Source: a virus
Virus record (IMG/VR): IMGVR_UViG_3300005264_000005
Location: 39,738-103,737 of that record
Strand: one strand, 5' to 3'
Length of the DNA: 64,000 nt
Positions 51,415 through 63,391 of the stretch are shown here, one piece after another (positions within the stretch are counted from its first letter, which is position 1; the number at the start of each line of letters is the position of its first letter). Below the pieces are notes generated by a model that was not told the DNA's origin, did not search any database, and saw nothing but the letters and a program-made list of their open reading frames with translations. The position numbers and the translations under genes are program-made.

Positions 51415-52095
51415 TTAGTTGTTAATAGAAGCCTCAAGCTCTAAGCTTTTACAGTATAGAACTTTTTGCATGATTTGTTCGCGGTCACTAACAGTTAAGA
51501 ACTTCTTAACTTGATAGATATCAGACAGTAAATCCTTAGCAGGCTTACAAGAGCTAGTTGCAACAACAAGCATATCGTATTCATCATAATTAAGGAGATT
51601 GTCAATATCTTGCGCATCAACAACAACCGCTTCTTCAACAGTTTCAGGCATGATAGTCACTAAAGGTATATTAGCTGCATTCACAGGAAGAATACAGTCA
51701 ACAGCAGTACCATTAGCTATTGCTACAAGTTGAGCATACCAAGCAGGATTAATATTCTCCCACTTACAATTATCAGCATTGCTCTTAACAGAAACAGACC
51801 AGCTATTTTTAATAATTAACTCAATATTATTATTTAAAATAATGATAGATGCAATATCGGCAAATGGAATAGCGTTAAAACCAGGCTTGCTACTGCGAGA
51901 ACGTATAGCTTCACGAACATAGATAAAGTGATTTTTGTTCCAAGCATTAGTAACCTTGGCATATAGCATCTTTTCTTTAACAGTTGCCTTAGTCCATGTT
52001 TGATTATATGCTTTACGGCCTTCAACAGGCTCAGGGTTACAGCCTGATAATAAGACAGTTAACCCAACGACCAAGCATATAGCAAAATTTTTCAT
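51415..52095 (-). CDS. putative lipoprotein
   Basis: lipobox LSGC after a hydrophobic signal. Confidence 0.65.
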   Translation of the reverse strand: MKNFAICLVVGLTVLLSGCNPEPVEGRKAYNQTWTKATVKEKMLYAKVTNAWNKNHFIYVREAIRSRSSKPGFNAIPFADIASIIILNNNIELIIKNSWSVSVKSNADNCKWENINPAWYAQLVAIANGTAVDCILPVNAANIPLVTIMPETVEEAVVVDAQDIDNLLNYDEYDMLVVATSSCKPAKDLLSDIYQVKKFLTVSDREQIMQKVLYCKSLELEASINN

Positions 52096-53768
52096 AATTA
52101 ATCCTTTTAATATAAAAGGGGACAGAAATAATATATAAGAGATATTAAACCTATCCCCTTCAGCTTAAAGCTTCACTAAGGCATGTAGTTGGCTATCGAG
52201 CCAGCGCACCGTTTTCTTTCTTAACAACATACTTATGATAGTTTTCCAAATAATCCAGAGTACCCCATGTGTTAATACCAACCATAGACATTTTAGATAA
52301 AGTAATAACTTTACTTGAAACAGAAATGCCTTTTACTTTTGACAAAGATTGAAGAGCCTCATTTACATTTTGGAACCGTTGCTTAGTCATGATGTACATG
52401 TCCTTTATTGGAGTTATTTATCTTCTTCAGGGACAATCATCCCCTTTTCAATAGCTTTATTATACAAAGAAAGCGCTTTGCCAGTAAGTTCATTGCTCTT
52501 TAAGTTTTCAATAACTTTTACTGATCTTATTCGCTCTGCACCCTGCTTGATAATTTCCTGCTGATATGCTTCAGCGTTAGCATGTATTTTGTTTATCTTA
52601 TGATCTATATAAGCTTGAGATAGCATTACACCAGCAATTAATCCTAAAACAATTGGAGCAAGGATAGCGATAATCTTCTTCATGTATTCTCCTTTATATG
52701 TTTATGTATTCTAGTAACTTCACAAGCACGGTTAACATCCGTAAAGCTTGGGCATCAAGTGTCTTTTTTGTATCCTCCACGGTAACTTACCCCATTTATG
52801 AGGAATTTATTTTACCCAATAGCTTCTGTGCTATCATCATAAAATTCATGAATATCGCTCTGAGCGACTTTACAATTACTGCTTTGGTCTACTGGGGTTG
52901 CCGCCCCACTAGCTTTGTTAGACGAATACGATAACACATTCAGTGTTAATTATCATAAACTTGTGAAATTAATACAATACATAAAACTATTAGCGACGAC
53001 GAGACTGAACGTGAGGTTTGCTTATATTTTTCTTACTACCAGTATATGACGCTTTCCTAAGTGAGCCACCTGGACTAACATAAGCCTTCTTGGCCTGAAG
53101 CTGCTTCAAGCAAAAGAGACCCCAGGCAGCAGCATTCTTGCTGCCACCCAGGGCAATGTACCCTTCTACAGATAAGGCTATATGCCGAATGGGTAAGACA
53201 TATAAAATTCTGGTTACTACACTACCAGTAAGATATATCACATAACGAGGATCAGCATCCATGCTTACTCTCTAGTGATAACAAAGATCTTTACTTAGCG
53301 CCATTGGGAGGATTTTCATCCCAGCGCTTAAGAGCTTTCGGACCACATACATCATTTGGATGACGAAGAATATGACGATTCAATTTACGCATTTTTGCTG
53401 CACGAGTACGATTTGCTGCCATTGTCTTTTCCAGATCAGTACGCTTCTTGCTACCTTTACCTTTAGCCATTTTCATTCTCCATTAAAAAGATTTTAATTT
53501 CACAAAATTACTACAAATTTATTGAGCATCAATTTGTGCTTGAATTTTAGCACGCTGCTTAACTGCACCAACACCAACTCCTAAGCGAAGATCAAGGCTA
53601 GCAAGCTGTTTTTCAGGTGATAATGAAGCCCAGTGCTCATTACGTTCGATAGCTTCTTTGTTCTTTGTGTTCTGATCATTTGTTACTTTTGGCATTTTAG
53701 CTCCCTTAAGGTTAAAGACTAAATAATCAAAGAATATGTTTCCTAGACTTTAGTCTCCACATAATAAA

Positions 53769-55172
53769 TTAAATGTTCGCTTGCTTATCAGTAATAGCAA
53801 TAAGCATATCTTTACCTCTAACGCAAGACATTAGATAGTCATGAGTATTTAAATCTGGCGCTGTCAATACAACCTCAAGTAAGACTTCCTGTATAATACC
53901 AATCCGCTTACCAGTAAAGCCACAGGCCATAATATCATGACCATTGACAGCAAGATCAGTGACCTTCATTGGCTCATCAGCCTCAATAATAGCAAATGCT
54001 TTATTGTAGAAAGTGAAATGAGAGTTAAGATCAAACGGAGGACGAGATGAAACAATGTCAGCAACCTGCAAGTCACTTAGTTCATCAAGATTTTCAATAC
54101 CAACACGAGTAATAAAACGCTTAACGCCAGAATCAGGCATATTCCACTCTCGACTCATGTGCTCACGCACAAGTTTACACACCTTGCTACTATCTTTATT
54201 TGAAAGTCGTAACCGTTCACAAATATCACGAGCATTATCTTCACTATCAAGATGATGCTTAGGATAATGAGCAACGCCATCATCACCCATAACTCGAGAA
54301 GTCATTTTACCCGTGTCATGGAGAAGCGCTGCTAATCTCAACGGAACAGTATTTGGTACACTTTCAACTACAGTCATGGTGTGATCCCATAGATTGCGAC
54401 TATGCCATGGACTATTTTGATTGAAGCCATACATTTTCTCAACTTCAGGTAATATATATCTTAGAATACGAGAAGAATGCAACAGCTCAAATCCAAAACG
54501 AGAGTAATCACTTATAAGAATCTTTTCAAGCTCCTTGCAAATAGCACTGCCATCACAATCCAGAACAAGATCTGCTAAATGATATGCTGCATTATATGTA
54601 TTCATTTCAACTTCAAAGTCAAGACACGTAGCTTGACGCACCATTCGCATTAGCCGTAACTTATCTTGACCAAAACGTACTTCAGGATTACCAATAGCAC
54701 GTACAGTTTTGTTTTCAATATCTTTAATGCCACCGACCCAATCATAAATAACACCAAGATTATTCATAAGTAGACCATTCATAGTAAAATCACGACGCAT
54801 TACATCTTCACAAGGATCAATAGAGAATTCTACACTGTCAGGGCGACGACCATCTCCAGCTTTACCATCAAGACGAAATGTTGTTATCTCAATACCAGGC
54901 TTAGTAATGTCACCTACAACAATAATAGTACCGTATTTCTTGCCAATAGGATATGTTATATAGGCTTCATCAAATAGCTCTTCAACCATATCAGGCAATG
55001 CATCAGTAGCAAGATCCCAGTCATCACATTCTCGACCAATAAGAATATCGCGTACCGCGCCACCAGCGATGAAACATTTAAAGCCTTTTTCGATAAGGAT
55101 AGCCATGATAGCACAAACATGTTCAGGTATTAAATTACGATCAACTTGTTTAGTAATAGGCTCAGTATTCAT
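53769..55172 (-). CDS. cca: CCA tRNA nucleotidyltransferase with HD domain
   Basis: GGAVRD, DWD, EITTFR, RRDFTMN, DKLRLMR, LLHDTGK. Confidence 0.9.
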   Translation of the reverse strand: MNTEPITKQVDRNLIPEHVCAIMAILIEKGFKCFIAGGAVRDILIGRECDDWDLATDALPDMVEELFDEAYITYPIGKKYGTIIVVGDITKPGIEITTFRLDGKAGDGRRPDSVEFSIDPCEDVMRRDFTMNGLLMNNLGVIYDWVGGIKDIENKTVRAIGNPEVRFGQDKLRLMRMVRQATCLDFEVEMNTYNAAYHLADLVLDCDGSAICKELEKILISDYSRFGFELLHSSRILRYILPEVEKMYGFNQNSPWHSRNLWDHTMTVVESVPNTVPLRLAALLHDTGKMTSRVMGDDGVAHYPKHHLDSEDNARDICERLRLSNKDSSKVCKLVREHMSREWNMPDSGVKRFITRVGIENLDELSDLQVADIVSSRPPFDLNSHFTFYNKAFAIIEADEPMKVTDLAVNGHDIMACGFTGKRIGIIQEVLLEVVLTAPDLNTHDYLMSCVRGKDMLIAITDKQANI

Positions 55173-55747
55173 TACGGTCTATATTTCCAATAGTTATCGG
55201 CTGTAACACCGAGGCTAAGCTCCTCAAAACACAGAATAGGAACACCATTAACAGAACATGCAAAGCATGAGGCCTGAATCATTTCAACTACTTAATCATT
55301 AGTAAAACAATTCTTAGCCTTAAAGGCTGCAGATCGACCAGCCATCATAGACTCAACAATACCTTTTGATTCCCTAAGACTAAAACTACTCACTTCTCTC
55401 AAAGCTTTAATGGCAGGTATCTTACGGCTGACATTAGGGTTATTAGGATGAATATACATACATTCAACTAATAACATTTATTTTATCCTTCTAGCTCTAT
55501 TTCAGCTCTTAATATTAAAGCATAAGCTTCCATGACTGCCCGAAAACTGTCTTCGTTAAACTTAATTGCAGTTTGTGCAATACGACGCTTTACCTTAAAC
55601 CGAGGATCAGCCTCATAGCCCCCTACTTCTCTTTTGGGAACTAAAATTTTCGTATGCAAAGTTATATTTGTACCTGTTTTATAAACAAATACTCTGCTAT
55701 TATTGCGTTTAACCAAGACTCCATTATTAAATTTACGAAATCGCACA

Positions 55748-56461
55748 CTAGGCTTCATCAATGCCTTCTCCTAACTTTAAAATTTTATTATAAAGACAGA
55801 CGTACTTAGGATGAAGTTGCACATCAACATGCATGTGTCCATGCAGCCACATATCAAAGTTCAATACCTGACTCATATCACGCAAATGCTGACCAACTAA
55901 ATCATTATCAAACTTACTATGATGTGAAACACTTAAGTAATAATCCAATATGTGCTCAGGTGGAACATGAGAAATAACATAATCAACAGTTTCATGCTTC
56001 ATGATGTTCTTCCATGCTAAGTCAAGCTCTTCAACGCTTGGATATTCACGAGCCCACCAGCTCTTACCTTCGATACGACATGCCTTATCAGTAGATAGTC
56101 CGCCACCAAAGGTAAAGATTTTCTTTCCATTGATAGTATAGACTCTACCTCGGCGTAAATGAAAGATATTATCACATACAACACCAACATCAGCGCCATA
56201 ACGCTCTTCTGTAGGTAGCGCATCTAGCATATCAAAGTTTTCGTGATTGCCGCAAATAAATAACGTAGTCCAAGGACGCTCAGATAGCCATTTTAGCCAA
56301 TATTTCTCATCCTTATCGCCATTCCATAGGAGACTAAAGTCACCAACATTGATAACTACATCATCTAAAGTTAACAGGCGACCCTCAGGCCAATTCTTAC
56401 CAGATAAACGATTAGGCTTACCATGAAAATCGCCAGTTACAAAACTCTTACCCGTCTTCAT
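55748..56461 (-). CDS. metallophosphoesterase
   Basis: GDFHG, GDF, GNHEN, SH.PP, HGHMH. Confidence 0.85.
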   Translation of the reverse strand: MKTGKSFVTGDFHGKPNRLSGKNWPEGRLLTLDDVVINVGDFSLLWNGDKDEKYWLKWLSERPWTTLFICGNHENFDMLDALPTEERYGADVGVVCDNIFHLRRGRVYTINGKKIFTFGGGLSTDKACRIEGKSWWAREYPSVEELDLAWKNIMKHETVDYVISHVPPEHILDYYLSVSHHSKFDNDLVGQHLRDMSQVLNFDMWLHGHMHVDVQLHPKYVCLYNKILKLGEGIDEA

Positions 56462-56940
56462 TAAGCTCTCCGTAAATATTATTGCTACCAATGAATTCAA
56501 TACAAGGACAATCACTGTCATGCTCATTAATGTCCATGCTACAGCCACCATCGCAGATGCACATACGATCTAACGCATCTTCTATTATACGTTTAATTCG
56601 ACCCATGCTGGTACTTCCTGAATCATAGGATAATTAACATCAGAACCAGATTTCTTACGCATATACGCAGGAATTAAAAGATCCTTCCATCCTTCATCGC
56701 CAAACTCAATATCCCATTCACGACAAGAGCAAGCCAATAAAATAGATCTATATGCAGTAGCAGGATCATCTCTAACCATAAACAAAAGATTAAACATATC
56801 CTTAACAGCGTCACCAAAAGTTAAATTTTTTGGATTATCTATACACTTAACACAGTCTTCAACGGTCATTATAGTCTCCATTTTATCCTTGACAGGATTT
56901 AAGCAAATTTGTATAATGGTCTTAAGAGATACTTACTTAC

Positions 56941-56979
56941 CAATATAAGCATTACATCAATATAAGCATTACATCAATA
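56941..56979. repeat. 17-bp tandem repeat
   Basis: CAATATAAGCATTACAT twice plus a partial copy. Confidence 0.8.
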
Positions 56980-57837
56980 ACACTAATATAGATTAACCTC
57001 AAGTTAATCACTAGAGTACATAATGAGAAGCTCTATTCAGTATTCATTTCAATAAAAAGATCATAGCACTTCTTATGAACCTGACGAGCCTCCATGACAC
57101 CATCTCTTTCAGTACCAGAAACAGGCACTAATATAGTTTCTGTATTCTTGGCAGTTCTACATACTGGACAAACACAGCCATTGTTACCATTAAACTCCTT
57201 AAAGACTCTCATTGATAGACACTTCACTATTAGGTATTTTAGGTGTAGTATTAACGCTATTAACTATAAAAGTAACAGCAATAGAGGCTACTAATATAAA
57301 CCAAGCAGCACGGACTAAACTATCAGCAAAATCATCTTCATTCTTACCGCACATATCAAACTCCCTTCTTAATAAAAAATTCATAAACAGCTACAGCATT
57401 GCTAATATTGACATCATAGCTAGCAGTCCAATTGTTATGATTTTTACAAACAACTTCTTATACTTCTGACTTACCATCGTTACTTGCTGAAACATAAACA
57501 AACCTTTCAAGTTATAAGATTAATACTCTATAACACACTCAAGTAATAAAATTGAGTGCATTAACAATATTAATCAGTCATATTAACAATCTCAGCTGTG
57601 TACTTTCCATTTATTGACACTGTTAGATGTAGCAATAAACCTATTGATTGCCTTTCGTTGCCCACTTCTTTTTTGACCATTTTTCTCTAGGGCAAATAGT
57701 GTAAAGGATACAATCTGTGGCGAATATATTAAGTTTACTTGACCACATCCCTATAACTGGACGTACCCCCCAAGGGCATTGATCTTCTATCGTGCAACGT
57801 TTTTTGTACATAGTATTGTGCTGCCTCCTTACGAAAC

Positions 57838-57920
57838 ACCTAGCAAGCCAATCAACCGAATGGAAGATGCTTGTCGTTAATTATTTAGTCATTACGCCGC
57901 CGCTTAGCTTTGTGTTAGAT
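57838..57920 (+). other. degenerate attC-like site
   Basis: ACCTAGC...TCAACC...GCTTA...GTTAGAT. Confidence 0.4.
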
Positions 57921-58228
57921 GTAAAAATAAGTTACACCTCAACCCTGTCTAGGCACTCTTCGATGCGGGCAATTGCATTCTCTATCTCATACAACTTGTT
58001 CCGGTATTCTGCTAAGATTGGTGGGTATTGTTCCTCCGTAGCCTCGCATTCTTCTGTACAGAGTGCTGCCTGTCTCATTATTGGCTCAAGCCTTATTGTG
58101 GTTCTTTGTGCTAAAGCCTGTGCTCTATCAGCAAGTGCAGCGAATCGTCCCAAGAGTTCATTCGCAATAGGTTGCCGTGTTGGTTCGCCTTTTTCGTTCA
58201 TAATTTCTCCATAGAGTAAATTCAAAAC

Positions 58229-58331
58229 ACCTAACAAACATATCAACCAGACGGGGGTACGCGCTAGGTGCTCGATTAATGTGGCAATACTTGTATCAGC
58301 GGTACGCCAACGGTTATTAAAAACGTTAGAT
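58229..58331 (+). other. attC-like integron recombination site
   Basis: R'' ACCTAAC, L'' ATCAACC, L' GGTTAT, R' GTTAGAT, internal GTACGCGCT/AGCGGTAC. Confidence 0.55.
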
Positions 58332-59046
58332 TACTTAGTTAATACATACGGCATTTAGTTCTTTCTCACTCTCAAAGTCTCTGTCTTTACTGTTATAATG
58401 CCCAACCGTAGGTGTATAGTGTACTAAGTTAAACCCGTTACCCTCATTGTCTATACTGGTAACAACATCAAACTCAGCAGTTTCTGGCCTACCCTCAATT
58501 AATTCATTCAAGTTTTTCACAAATTCTTTAAATTTCATAATCTTGTTTTCTTTCACTACCCGCAAATTTCAAGAATTACTTTCGTAGTTTTATTAAATGT
58601 ATCAACCTTCCCATTCTCGTACTCAACCGTAATAGTGCTTGAATTTTCATCTATTTTTGCATCAGCAAGGGCGGAGGTAATCTCAGTCTCAGAGTATCCA
58701 TCTTCACGTAACATCGTACGTATCTGGCTAATAAAATCTGCTGAAATACCCATCATTAATCTCCTATCCGGCTTTCGGCAAAGCACAAGCCAACCAATGG
58801 GTCGGGTAAATTTTATAGGTCCCATCATGCGACCACCAACCATTTAAATTATGACAGTAGAAACCTGTAAACGAACTTTTGGTGTCTAAATTATAGACAA
58901 CAAAAAGATCACTCTCTGTCGCGGTTTTTGATAGACCTTCAGGGGTTGCTGGTGGTACGGCATCTTTAACACTAATCCATTCCATTCCTCACCTCAGTAA
59001 TAGGCTAATAAGCAAATAAAGGCGATAAGAACTAGCGCCGATTTTT

Positions 59047-59577
59047 TTATTTGTACTCCTCCACTATTGCGTACAGGAAGTTTCTATTTAACGTGAGATC
59101 AACGTTAACCCTATCAGGTACAGAAACAACTCTATCATTTTCATCTAACTTGTACTTAGCACCAGCTTGGTCAGATACCGTACTACCTTGACCAATAGCA
59201 ACCAAAGCTTCCTGAGCTGACAGTGTGTACTTCAGCGCGTAAGGGTCGGTGGTGGTCATGTATCTCCAAGGGGTGAGAATTTCTATACCTCTGGTATTTA
59301 TAGCCCTGTCACCATCGTCGTAATTAATGCAGTGGTATCCACTATTAAATTCAACAACAAATATGCTTTTACTCCAAGTGTGCTTCTTTGACCCTCTGCA
59401 CCAAACAGTATCCCCTTGCTTTGGGCCTATTGACGAAGGTAACTCTTTAACTTTATTTATGACACTTTCAATCGCAGCATTATGAACTTTTGAGTAATTT
59501 GAAGTAAACGGGTCGGTTTCAGGGATCTTGCACTTATTAATAGTGTCAATTACATTACCTGCTTTTAATTGCTTCAT
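59047..59577 (-). CDS. hypothetical protein, paralog of 59580-60080
   Basis: shared LKAG.VID, GPKQGDTVW, DPYALKYTL.AQ.AL.AIGQG. Confidence 0.7.
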   Translation of the reverse strand: MKQLKAGNVIDTINKCKIPETDPFTSNYSKVHNAAIESVINKVKELPSSIGPKQGDTVWCRGSKKHTWSKSIFVVEFNSGYHCINYDDGDRAINTRGIEILTPWRYMTTTDPYALKYTLSAQEALVAIGQGSTVSDQAGAKYKLDENDRVVSVPDRVNVDLTLNRNFLYAIVEEYK

Positions 59578-59579
59578 CT

Positions 59580-60080
59580 CTACTTCTCTACTATTGCATA
59601 CATAGTTCGCGGGTTTATTTCAACAACGTAATCGTTTCCATTATACCACATCACCCTCAGGCCTTTATTATAGTAGAGGTAGTCAATCTTATTACTTGAG
59701 TTACTCTCAGGCTTAACTCGTTTACCTTGCCCAATAGCAATAAGTGCCTGCTGGGCTGTCAGTGTATACTTTAGGGCGTAAGGGTCGATTGTAGTGAGCT
59801 GTTTAAATCTTGAGTAGTTTTGATTTAGTTTCTTTTTTATAACGAATCCACTGTTAAACTCAGAGACGAATACGCCTTCAGTCCACTTATCGTGGTCACT
59901 GTTTCGTATCCAAACAGTATCCCCTTGCTTTGGACCTGTGCGGAGTTTAAACATAATGCCCTCATCATTACACATAACTTGACGATTATAAGCACCATGA
60001 AACAAGCATTCTGGACAGCTTTTTAACAAACCAGTACCTTCGACAATATCAATCACATCACCTGCTTTTAATTCAACCAC
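59580..60080 (-). CDS. hypothetical protein, paralog of 59047-59577
   Basis: same shared blocks. Confidence 0.7.
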   Translation of the reverse strand: MVELKAGDVIDIVEGTGLLKSCPECLFHGAYNRQVMCNDEGIMFKLRTGPKQGDTVWIRNSDHDKWTEGVFVSEFNSGFVIKKKLNQNYSRFKQLTTIDPYALKYTLTAQQALIAIGQGKRVKPESNSSNKIDYLYYNKGLRVMWYNGNDYVVEINPRTMYAIVEK

Positions 60081-60125
60081 CTTTGCTCCTCCAGCTTTAT
60101 TAATTGTAAGATTAACCTCTACAGC

Positions 60126-60665
60126 TTACACACTACGATATCTAGCCATGCTCGCTAAACTCTCAATCTGCAACACAAACATCTTATTGTCACCACTGCC
60201 TCTATCGAACCACACTGCCTGCTTAATATACGCTACAGCTGGATAATCTACCGCTATTTCACACTCGCGGAACTGGGCTTTTACGTAAGACTCAGTTAAG
60301 TCCTCATCAGCATGGTCGTAATCAAAGTCTACTAGTTCACAAAAGTTGCTGTAGGCATTAATTATCTCAGAGTCTGACTCCGCATAAAACGTATGACCGG
60401 CAAGCCCATCAAACTCCATAAAAGCTCCATTCCAAAACTCAACCCACAATCTAAAATGGTCTTCCTCTGTAGCTAAGTACACAAAATAAGGTACAGCACT
60501 TTCAGTAGGACTAAAGTGTTCGCACGTATTCTTTGTCGGAATAGTTCTAGCCTTGTAACCACACCAATTATCACTAGGGGTAAGCGGGTTATTTGCTGAA
60601 CACATATCGCAATTCTCACACTTACGATCAATTAAGCTAATTATCTCAAGTTTACTCATAACCAT
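60126..60665 (-). CDS. hypothetical protein
   Basis: 179 aa, N-terminal Cys cluster. Confidence 0.5.
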   Translation of the reverse strand: MVMSKLEIISLIDRKCENCDMCSANNPLTPSDNWCGYKARTIPTKNTCEHFSPTESAVPYFVYLATEEDHFRLWVEFWNGAFMEFDGLAGHTFYAESDSEIINAYSNFCELVDFDYDHADEDLTESYVKAQFRECEIAVDYPAVAYIKQAVWFDRGSGDNKMFVLQIESLASMARYRSV

Positions 60666-61129
60666 CCTCTCATCAATGGAATACCAATTATACGAATCAT
60701 AACAGTATATTACTTCGCATGCATAGCATTAAGAACAATATCACGACTAGTAATATCAACAAGAGCAGTACGTATAATACCAATCAAATACTCTTTATCA
60801 ACATCATTTGGAATAACAACACGAACAGAGCTAGCATCAGAAAGACGAATACGATAAGATTCACAATTGCGAAACTCATTCTTCTGCATCTCAAAATCAA
60901 GACGCTCAATAAGAGCACTATTCAACTTGACCATATTTTCACAAATAGCCGCCCTACCATCTTCTACACTAATAGCAGGCTCACCTACACTAATAACAGT
61001 AACTACACACATCCATATAACAGATACACACACCCCAACAATAAAATCACGACCAGTCATACAAGATACTCCAATAATAGTAAAAGAATAGAGAGAGAAC
61101 AAGAGAGAGTTACAACAGTATAACAAGAG

Positions 61130-62020
61130 TAGAGATTAAGATTAGGTTTAAGGTTCCAAGCACAAGAGCAGGAATAGCCCTACATATGCAAAACTAGATA
61201 TGTGGGTAGAGATATTATGTGCAAATAGCATGCGAATAACGTACTTTGTATTATATATGAGTCCAGCCCTAACTAACAAGAGCAGGAACAGGATATAGAG
61301 ATCAGTAATAGCAGAGCCAATAAGACTAATAAGAGAGAAACAGGCCTCCCAGGCCAGAGTATAGCAAGAAGATAAGACTATTAGTCCCTACATACATAAG
61401 GAAGATAGTGAGCTACAAAAGGCTAAGAATAGCAAAATCGGATAAGTTTCCGTAATCATTAAAGAAATTTCAAGAATAGCAAAGAATTAGAGGTAAGGTA
61501 GAATTAAAAACGCTTAAGTTTACGCTAAATTTAAAGTTTCCCTAGAAGATAGAAATCCCTAGTTAAATTAGATAGAGCATAAGAGGCCATAAAAGGCTAC
61601 AAGAGGCATGGATAAAATACAAGGGACTATAAAAGCATAAATAGAGCATAAAAAAGACAATAAGAGGCAAGATAAGAAAAGGAAAGACTACAAGAGACAT
61701 GGATAGGAAGTGAAAGGGGGGCTGTCCCCTTTTTTCCCCTTCCTTCCTCCCATTTTCACCCTCTTTTACCCCTTTTTTCTAAGTTTTTCAGATATAAAAC
61801 ATACCATATGTAGTATTATATTTCTTAGTTTAAGACAAAATAGGACAAAATAACCGTGTTTAGACCAACTTCTTTAAGTTTACCATACCATATGTAGTAT
61901 TTAACATACTTATAGGCGTTAAAACTAAAAGAAGGCTTAAAAGGAGAGGCTAGTGCCTCTTTTTAGAACAAAAGAAGTTCTAAAAGTTTCTCTTCATACT
62001 TACAGGCGTCAGACAATTTA
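61130..62020. other. long non-coding region with direct repeats and a purine/pyrimidine switch (candidate origin or control region)
   Basis: ACAAGAGCAGGAA x2, ACAAGAGRCATGGATA x2, CATACCATATGTAGTATT x2 (61800, 61884); hairpin near 61712-61735. Confidence 0.4.
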
Positions 62021-62342
62021 AATTTACAGACTGTGAGTGAGATGTTCTGGAGTATAATACTTGTGGTTTGAGCAAAGAAGTGGTGTAATAGTACAAGATA
62101 GGACGAACAAGAGTGTAACAAGATAGGATACTGTCAGGCGTTGAACAAGTGATTTAACAAGAGAAGGGATTATCAGTGTTTCTTTCCAGTGATGACGTAA
62201 TTGAATATCAATAAGTAATTGTAACATAAGAATGTCCTTAAAATAAAAAGATTAAATAGTAACAATACAGTAATAGCAAATAGCTAAAAAAAGGGCAACT
62301 CTATTTTTAGAGCTACCCAATCATATGGAGGTTATACATGTA

Positions 62343-62738
62343 CTATGTGTCTGATGTATCTGTTGTGTCTGGTGCTATTGTACTTAGTGCTGTTGTGTCT
62401 GGTAAGTCAATGAGGCCTTTCTTAGCTAATTCTTGAATTTCCTCATTTAATTTTTCATTACTCTTTTGATGCTTAAGAATAAGTTTAGTTGCTTGACGAA
62501 CTTTACGGTCATGACCAGCCTCTTTAATATCATCATAACCTTCAACAACCTTATTAATACTACCAGTAAAGAAGCTACCAATGTTACCGAGAGTTTTTTC
62601 AGCAATACCACCAATTAGTAAACTAGTAGTTGAAGGCTCATCTGTTTCGGAGTTCTTATTTATTAACTCAGCTAAACGTTTATTCATTTTTTCTGATTGT
62701 GCAAGTAGCTCTTTGAGTTCTGATTCTTTGTTGTTCAT
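62343..62738 (-). CDS. hypothetical coiled-coil protein
   Basis: 131 aa, AGGAG SD, downstream terminator-like hairpin. Confidence 0.6.
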   Translation of the reverse strand: MNNKESELKELLAQSEKMNKRLAELINKNSETDEPSTTSLLIGGIAEKTLGNIGSFFTGSINKVVEGYDDIKEAGHDRKVRQATKLILKHQKSNEKLNEEIQELAKKGLIDLPDTTALSTIAPDTTDTSDT

Positions 62739-63013
62739 AATTAACTCCTTTACGATTTACTATAGAAAGAATTGTACCTATAAATGCACAAAGTATGAAT
62801 GCAAATATAAGCAATACTGTATGTCTAAAAGAATGAGATGTAATTGAAAAGTAAAGCAAGGGTATAAAGATAGTAAATATTTTATGCATTACTCCTCCCT
62901 TATCTTACGTATGTTAATTTTCCAAATAATATTACCAATAATAGCAATTATGAAAAGAAGTGGTGCTTGTTTAAGAGTTGAGATTATAAAACTGATAATA
63001 GAAAAGATCCAAC

Positions 63014-63391
63014 CTACGTTAATGAAGATGACCAAGATGACAAGGCATGATCCACAGAACTTAAACATTTCTTGCCTCTCTTTCTTTCTGGAACCTTAAC
63101 AGTATAAAGATTCTTTTTTCGTTTAGCTATTTGTATAATAATAGAAGAAGAAGTAAAGCAAGCCATTAAAAGTACAAATGTTCCTATGCCGGCAGCAATA
63201 CTACCGCTAGAGCTTGATATTAATTTGCTACCAAAATAAGTGACAATAAGATCACATGCAATGATATATATTTTACGACTCATGATGATGTTTTTAATAA
63301 AAGTTGGACACCATACCATTAGATAACCCATCCATAAGCCCCAAATGCCTATTCCCCAAGCAAAACCTAATAGAGCCATCTGTTCAATCAT
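63014..63391 (-). CDS. membrane protein
   Basis: about three hydrophobic segments, AGGAG SD. Confidence 0.55.
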   Translation of the reverse strand: MIEQMALLGFAWGIGIWGLWMGYLMVWCPTFIKNIIMSRKIYIIACDLIVTYFGSKLISSSSGSIAAGIGTFVLLMACFTSSSIIIQIAKRKKNLYTVKVPERKRGKKCLSSVDHALSSWSSSLT

